From an uncultured Mycoplasmatota bacterium (GTDB lineage Bacteria > Bacillota_I > Bacilli_A > RF39 > UBA660): 39,797 nt of DNA. Below the pieces are notes generated by a model. It was not told the origin of the DNA. It searched no databases and was given only the letters and a program-made list of their open reading frames with translations. Where the stretch lies: positions 1-39,797 of the forward strand of contig CASEOP010000048.1 of assembly GCA_949289505.1 (NCBI GenBank), in the 5' to 3' direction. Position 1 is the stretch's first letter; each line of letters opens with the position of its first letter. The translations under genes were made by a program, and so were the position numbers. Below are positions 35,417 through 39,797 of the stretch, in pieces.

Positions 35417-37537
35417 ATGAACGATAGTAATTTACAAGAACAATATGCTTTATTAGAAGAAGAGGAAAGAGAGAATAAAAAGAAAACCATCATAATTATT
35501 ATATTATGCTTATTAATTATATTGACAACTCTTTTAGGAATTTTCTTCTCTATTTCCGGTAATAAAAAATGCAATTTAAACTGCGATACCGATGGCGATG
35601 GTGTATGCGATTTGAATTGTGATACTAACGGTGATGGTATATGTGATGTTAATTGTGATACCGATGGTGATGGCAAACCTGATATTAATATTGATTATAA
35701 TGGTGATTTAATACCTCACTTTAATATTCAAGTAGATGGTGAAATTATAAATCAATTAAATAAGGATATTGATGGCGATGGCAAATGCGATTTGAATTGT
35801 GATATTGATGGTGATGGCTGGCCTGATATTAATATAGACTTCGATAATACTAACACTTGTGATATAAATTGTGATTCAAACGGTGATAATAAGCCTGATT
35901 ACAATATAGATACTGATGGCGATGGCAAACCAGATATTAATATAGACATTGATGGTGATAATAAACCGGATATAAACATCGACATTGATGGTGATAATAA
36001 ACCTGATATAAACATTGACACTGATGGTGATAATAAACCGGATATAAACATCGACACTGATGGTGATAATAAACCTGATATAAACATCGACACTGATGGC
36101 GATGGCAAACCTGATGTTAACATTGATTATGATGGCGATGGCAAACCTGACTATAATATAGATACTGATAGTGATGGCAAACCAGATGATAACCTAATAA
36201 ATCAAGATACAAATAACGATGGTAAATGCGATATAAATTGTGATACAAATAACGATGGTGTGCCTGATATAAACATCGACATTGATGGTGATGGCAAACC
36301 TGATATTAATATAGACACTGATGGCGATGGCAAACCAGATATTAACTTAGATATTGACAAAGATAAAGAGCCTGATATTAATATAGATACCGATGGTGAT
36401 GGCAAACCTGATGAAAACCTTATGAATCAAGATACAAATAACGATGGCAAATGTGACATAAACTGCGATACTGATGGTGATGGCTGGCCTGACATAAACA
36501 TTGATATAGATAATGATGGCAAACCAGATATTAATATAGATACTGATGGTGATGGCAAATGTGATGTCAATTGTGATACAGATAATGATGGCAAACCAGA
36601 TATCAATATTGATATAAATAAAGATGGCAAACCAGATGTCAATATAGATACTGATGACGATGGCAAACCAGATGACAATTTAATAAATCAAGATACCGAT
36701 GGTGATGGTGTTTGCAACATAAATTGTGATACAAACGGTGATGGCGTGCCTGATACCAATATAGATATTGATGGCGATGGTAAACCTGATATTAATATTG
36801 ATGAAGATAATGATGGAGCGTGTGACTACAATTGTTATGATGATTTATATTATGATGCTAATTTAAGTGGAATTAAAGTTGGTAATTATAATTTAAAACC
36901 TAATTTTAATAATAAAATCACTAATTATACTGTAAATGTAGAAAAGAATTTAAATAGTATTGTTGTTGAAGCAACTGCTTTAAATCCTAAAGCGAAAATT
37001 ACAGGAACAGGAGTAATTAATTTAACCGAAGAAAGTACACGGGTAGCAATTACTGTAACTGCTGAAAATGGAAGTACAAAGACTTACTATGTAACTATTA
37101 TAAAATCAGTTGAACCTTCAACTTCTGACGAAGGAGAAGGAAGTTACGAAATTAGCAATGATTCATTAATGGTAAGTTTTACGAAGGCCATGAACGCAAC
37201 AAATATTATTCCTGGATGGGAAGGAACACATGCTTTTACAGTTACTAACAAATCTGATCAAACTTTAGTTTACAATATTAATTTAGTAAAAGTATCAAAC
37301 ACATTTAAAAATAACGAATTTGTCTTTAATTTAGTAAAAGATGGTAAAGTTTTAATTGAAGAAACACCAGCTTTAACTAGTGACAAAACAGTATATAGCA
37401 ACCTCGTAATTGCTCCTGGCGAAACTGCTACATTCCAGATGAATTACAAATTTATTTATCACGATTATAGCCAAGATTATAATCAAGGAGTAAGATATAC
37501 AGGAACCGTTGAAATAACTTTTGATGCTATTCAATAA
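35417..37537 (+). CDS. N-terminally membrane-anchored giant surface protein with Asp-rich Ca-binding (TSP type-3-like) repeats, a cadherin-like beta-sandwich and a C-terminal TasA-like domain
   Basis: An acidic cytoplasmic head is followed by a TM helix (TIIIIILCLLIILTTLLGIFFSI). About 35 units of the D-x-N-x-D-x-D-G-D-G-K-P type follow, some with Cys (CDLNCDTNGDGICD). The cadherin-like motif is LSGIKVGNYNLKPNFNNKITNYTVNV...ITVTAENGSTKTYYVTI. The C-terminal ~150 aa align with the small TasA-like paralogs and end in DYNQGVRYTGTVEITFDAIQ (compare TasA NKYQGNSIKLQFSFEATQ). The ORF track starts at GTG 35408; ATG 35417 follows an AGGGAG RBS. Confidence 0.8.
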   Translation: MNDSNLQEQYALLEEEERENKKKTIIIIILCLLIILTTLLGIFFSISGNKKCNLNCDTDGDGVCDLNCDTNGDGICDVNCDTDGDGKPDINIDYNGDLIPHFNIQVDGEIINQLNKDIDGDGKCDLNCDIDGDGWPDINIDFDNTNTCDINCDSNGDNKPDYNIDTDGDGKPDINIDIDGDNKPDINIDIDGDNKPDINIDTDGDNKPDINIDTDGDNKPDINIDTDGDGKPDVNIDYDGDGKPDYNIDTDSDGKPDDNLINQDTNNDGKCDINCDTNNDGVPDINIDIDGDGKPDINIDTDGDGKPDINLDIDKDKEPDINIDTDGDGKPDENLMNQDTNNDGKCDINCDTDGDGWPDINIDIDNDGKPDINIDTDGDGKCDVNCDTDNDGKPDINIDINKDGKPDVNIDTDDDGKPDDNLINQDTDGDGVCNINCDTNGDGVPDTNIDIDGDGKPDINIDEDNDGACDYNCYDDLYYDANLSGIKVGNYNLKPNFNNKITNYTVNVEKNLNSIVVEATALNPKAKITGTGVINLTEESTRVAITVTAENGSTKTYYVTIIKSVEPSTSDEGEGSYEISNDSLMVSFTKAMNATNIIPGWEGTHAFTVTNKSDQTLVYNINLVKVSNTFKNNEFVFNLVKDGKVLIEETPALTSDKTVYSNLVIAPGETATFQMNYKFIYHDYSQDYNQGVRYTGTVEITFDAIQ
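35570..36844 (+). repeat. Coding repeat region made of degenerate 36-bp (12-codon) Asp-rich units, with three ~75-85-aa super-repeats
   Basis: Periodic GATGG(T/C)GATGGCAAACC(T/A)GATATTAATATAGA-type units run throughout. The super-repeat marker NQDT(N/D)(N/G)DG(K/V)C(D/N)INCDT occurs three times, at about 36195, 36425 and 36685. Confidence 0.9.
35933..36112 (+). repeat. Five near-identical 36-bp tandem repeats
   Basis: Units start at 35933, 35969, 36005, 36041 and 36077. The consensus is gatataaacatcgacactgatggtgataataaacc(g/t). The four units starting at 35969-36077 differ at about 2-7 positions (mostly 2-3). The first unit (35933) is more divergent, at about 6-11 positions. Confidence 0.9.
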
Positions 37538-37548
37538 AAATAATTTTT

Positions 37549-37572
37549 ACCTATCATATTGATAGGTTTTTT
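37549..37572 (+). terminator. Rho-independent terminator after the giant repeat protein gene
   Basis: Stem acctatca / tgataggt with loop tat, followed by a T-run. Confidence 0.7.
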
Positions 37573-37582
37573 CATAATAATA

Positions 37583-37611
37583 TTGTAATTTCAAAACAAT
37601 TAGGCTATAAT
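37583..37611 (+). promoter_or_regulatory. Promoter candidate for the SipW-like peptidase gene
   Basis: TTGTAA (37583-37588), 17-nt spacer, TATAAT (37606-37611). Confidence 0.45.
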
Positions 37612-37636
37612 ATATAGTAGAATAGGAAGGGTCAAA

Positions 37637-38413
37637 ATGAAAGATAATAAAACTTTATGGCGTAAAATCATACACATTATATCAAAAATATTATCATGGA
37701 CCCTATTTGTTATTTTACTTTTAATCGCAGCATTTCTAATATATTATTACATAGCTAACCAAAATTATATAAAAAAGGGTAGTGGTTATGAACCAAAATT
37801 TTCAATATACACCATAGCAACTGGTTCAATGGTTCCGAACATAAATGTTTTAGATGCAGTTATTAATAAAAAAGTTGAAAGTCCCAATGATTTAAAAGTT
37901 GGTGATGTAATTACGTTTAGATCAACAAGTGTATTAACAGCAAATATGACTATAACTCATCGTATAAAAGCGATAGAAACTGATGAAGAAGGAAATATTT
38001 GTTACATTACCAAAGGTGATGCTAATAATGTAGAAGATGATTCATGTACAAAACTAAATAATATTATAGGTAAAGTTATAATAAGAATACCAGGCCTAGG
38101 ACACATTCAAAAATTCTTAGCATCTAAAGCAGGATGGTTATTATGTATTTTAATTCCCGCATTATTTATAATAGGAAAAGACATAATGAAATTAACAAGA
38201 TTATCTAGTATAAACGAAAATGCAAGCAAGATGGGTGAAAAAAAGAAAAAAGACCCAAGAAAGGTAATGGCCGAAAAAAAACGTAAAGAACAAATAAAAA
38301 GAAATTTATTAAATGAAAGTAAAGAACCAAAAAGCTATTATAAAGATCCTAACATAAGAGTAATAGAAAAGAAAAAACCAAATAAAGTCAAAGAAAAACG
38401 AAAGAAAAAATAA
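37637..38413 (+). CDS. sipW: Signal peptidase I, archaeal/ER type (S26B, SipW-like), with a C-terminal TM and a Lys-rich tail
   Basis: N-terminal TM. The catalytic Ser context is IATGSMVPNINVLDAVI and the His context is MTITHRIKAIE. The GDAN motif is YITKGDANNVEDD. A second TM follows (AGWLLCILIPALFIIG), then a ~65-aa K/E-rich tail. Confidence 0.85.
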   Translation: MKDNKTLWRKIIHIISKILSWTLFVILLLIAAFLIYYYIANQNYIKKGSGYEPKFSIYTIATGSMVPNINVLDAVINKKVESPNDLKVGDVITFRSTSVLTANMTITHRIKAIETDEEGNICYITKGDANNVEDDSCTKLNNIIGKVIIRIPGLGHIQKFLASKAGWLLCILIPALFIIGKDIMKLTRLSSINENASKMGEKKKKDPRKVMAEKKRKEQIKRNLLNESKEPKSYYKDPNIRVIEKKKPNKVKEKRKKK

Positions 38414-39655
38414 TTATTTATCTTTCGTTTTTTTATTAAATTCTTTAGCTAATAATCCCTTTTTAATTAAACTACGATAATTATGTTCGTTTATAATAAA
38501 ATCAAATTCACCAATAAATTCATAAAAATGTGGCTTAAATCCTAACTTAAATTTATTTAAACCTTTATAAGGATTATTATCACTAAAATCTCCTGTTAAA
38601 CCATTTAAATCCATAAACTTATAATCATTTTTATAATATTCTAACAATTGATAATGAAGAAAATAATTAGGGTTAAAATGTTTATATTTTTTATCAAATC
38701 CACTTATAACAATATGAACTCTATTTAAATATTTAATAACAAAAGCTCCACCAACATAAACATATTTATGTTCATTTAAACCTTTACTAGCAATTTCAAT
38801 ATCATTTTTATAAGATAACAAATTTTTATCCGAATTCATTTTTTCTTTTATAAATAATTCACTTGAACTTTCAATTAATTTTTTAGATATAATATTATTT
38901 TTAATTAATTCCTCATCATATAATTTTTTACTATTTATTAAATATTTTTCATAATCTAATTTTATTAAGAAAATATCTGCTGCCATATCTTTATCAAACA
39001 CATTAAAATAATTCTTATAATAAACAGCATCATTATTTTTCTTTCTTTTTACAAAATCAAATAAAACATCAATATTTTCTCTACCCGACTTTTCGAAAAC
39101 TAATCCTTTTTTTAAAGCTTTTCTAATCTTATTTTTTGTGTTCTTACTTAAGTTATCAAAATTATATTCCTTTAAATTAACAATCCCGTTATAACGCGGA
39201 AATAAACTTTCAAAGTATTTATTATCCCTAAGTTTTAAAAAGCCTAATTGCCTCAAATAATCTCTAACTACAATATTTTGATTATAATTAGTTATTTGTG
39301 ATAGTGGATTAATTTCACCAATTGCTATTTCCGGATTAATTTTAATAAAAGTTAACTTTTTCTCATAATATTTTCTTAATAATTCCACAAAACTTTTTAA
39401 CAAATCAAAATTCATATAATCAATTAAAAAACCTTTAGGGCAATAACCATATTTACAAGATAAACTTATTTTTTTTATTAAAATTAATGATGCAGCTTTA
39501 ATTACCCCTAATTCATCAACTAAACCTACAAACTCATAGTCAAATCCCATTTCTGCCATAAAAAGTGCGTAATTAGAGCTTTGATAATAAGAGCTTATAG
39601 GAAAACTTTTAGCAAAGCCATCAAATTCAGCTATAGAAAGTTCTTTTAAGTGCAT
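38414..39655 (-). CDS. FemAB-family peptidoglycan interpeptide-bridge aminoacyltransferase (FemX/MurM-like)
   Basis: 413 aa. The N-terminal domain shows FAKSFPISSYYQSSNYALFMAEMGF...YGYCPKGFLID. A central helical insertion lies at about aa 235-290. The C-terminal region shows GGAFVIKYLNRVHIVISGFDKKY...GLNKFKLGFKP. Confidence 0.75.
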   Translation of the reverse strand: MHLKELSIAEFDGFAKSFPISSYYQSSNYALFMAEMGFDYEFVGLVDELGVIKAASLILIKKISLSCKYGYCPKGFLIDYMNFDLLKSFVELLRKYYEKKLTFIKINPEIAIGEINPLSQITNYNQNIVVRDYLRQLGFLKLRDNKYFESLFPRYNGIVNLKEYNFDNLSKNTKNKIRKALKKGLVFEKSGRENIDVLFDFVKRKKNNDAVYYKNYFNVFDKDMAADIFLIKLDYEKYLINSKKLYDEELIKNNIISKKLIESSSELFIKEKMNSDKNLLSYKNDIEIASKGLNEHKYVYVGGAFVIKYLNRVHIVISGFDKKYKHFNPNYFLHYQLLEYYKNDYKFMDLNGLTGDFSDNNPYKGLNKFKLGFKPHFYEFIGEFDFIINEHNYRSLIKKGLLAKEFNKKTKDK

Positions 39656-39785
39656 AAAATTTCCCCCTTTGAATATTGGTTATTATAGCACAATGTTTAA
39701 AGTATGTCCACGGGTGTAAATTTTTTTCGCAGGTAATTTTTGAAAATATGATATACTAATTATTAAGATAGGAGTGATAATTAGT

Positions 39786-39797
39786 ATGAATAATAAA
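39786..39797 (+). CDS. Possible start of a CDS running off the window (MNNK...)
   Basis: ATG at 39786 preceded by AGGAGTG. Only 4 codons are visible. Confidence 0.2.

Noticed and set aside
35933-36112. Regular 36-bp direct repeats that could superficially suggest a CRISPR array.
   Set aside because: The repeats are contiguous with no spacers, lie in frame inside a long ORF and encode the DINIDTDGDNKP unit. No cas genes are present in the window.
35389-36678. Minus-strand ORFs 35389..35676, 35899..36123, 36202..36405 and 36427..36678, encoding SGLPSPSVS-type repeats.
   Set aside because: They are the antisense reading of the Asp-rich repeat array. They are open only because GAT/GGT-rich repeats lack antisense stops. 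The plus-strand protein has coherent domain architecture, an RBS and a terminator.
1-39797. Possibility of the Mollicutes-type genetic code (TGA = Trp), given the extreme AT-richness.
   Set aside because: Conserved Trp positions are TGG (for example GRWGNFF in Lgt). TGA terminates ftsX at 19469-19471, exactly where the next gene starts (ATGA overlap). All housekeeping ORFs are full length under the standard code.

Overview
The window is visibly AT-rich and uses the standard genetic code: TGA is a stop (ftsX ends at 19469-19471) and Trp is TGG. It looks like a chromosomal segment from a cell-walled, low-GC Bacillota-type bacterium. All protein family calls come from motifs I recognised by eye in the supplied translations; no database search was run.

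Most of the window is housekeeping. It holds a 5'-truncated LtaS-like lipoteichoic acid synthase, then a GT-C membrane glycosyltransferase paired with a GtrB/CsbB-like GT2. After these come lgt, a trxB-like gene, a DUF3048 (YerB-like) protein, rubrerythrin and a T-box leader with pheS-pheT. Further on are ftsE-ftsX with a coiled-coil M23 peptidase, a GNAT, tilS, ftsH, a dCMP deaminase and a Big_2/Listeria-Bacteroides-repeat surface protein. The remainder is typA/bipA, tex, a FemAB-family transferase and several lineage-specific hypotheticals. I saw no rRNA, tRNA, CRISPR array, transposase or integrase.

The most interesting region is 33.2-38.4 kb. It encodes an archaeal/ER-type (SipW-like) signal peptidase I and two small secreted proteins whose signal peptides end in the SipW-cognate motif (S/T)FAYF. 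Their bodies resemble TasA/camelysin.
- A third paralog sits alone at 17.2 kb.
- The locus also encodes a 706-aa N-terminally anchored protein. It has about 420 residues of 12-residue Asp-rich, thrombospondin-type-3-like Ca-binding repeats, partly encoded by near-perfect 36-bp tandem DNA repeats. These are followed by a cadherin-like beta-sandwich and a C-terminal TasA-like domain that ends in FDAIQ.
- I interpret this as a candidate undescribed TasA-type fibre or surface-matrix system with a built-in calcium-dependent stalk or anchor.

Four further oddities stand out:
- An ~84-nt island of about 60% G+C, made mostly of NNC codons, lies at the 3' end of a lectin-like surface protein gene (3759-3842). 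It resembles a diversity-generating retroelement (DGR) variable region, but no reverse transcriptase or template repeat is in the window.
- A gene is split by a frameshift at an A7 run (9511-9517).
- A promoter-plus-terminator-bounded ~150-nt candidate sRNA or leader lies on the minus strand at 30811-30960.
- A very AT-rich PD-(D/E)xK-like ORF is wedged between the TasA-like genes.
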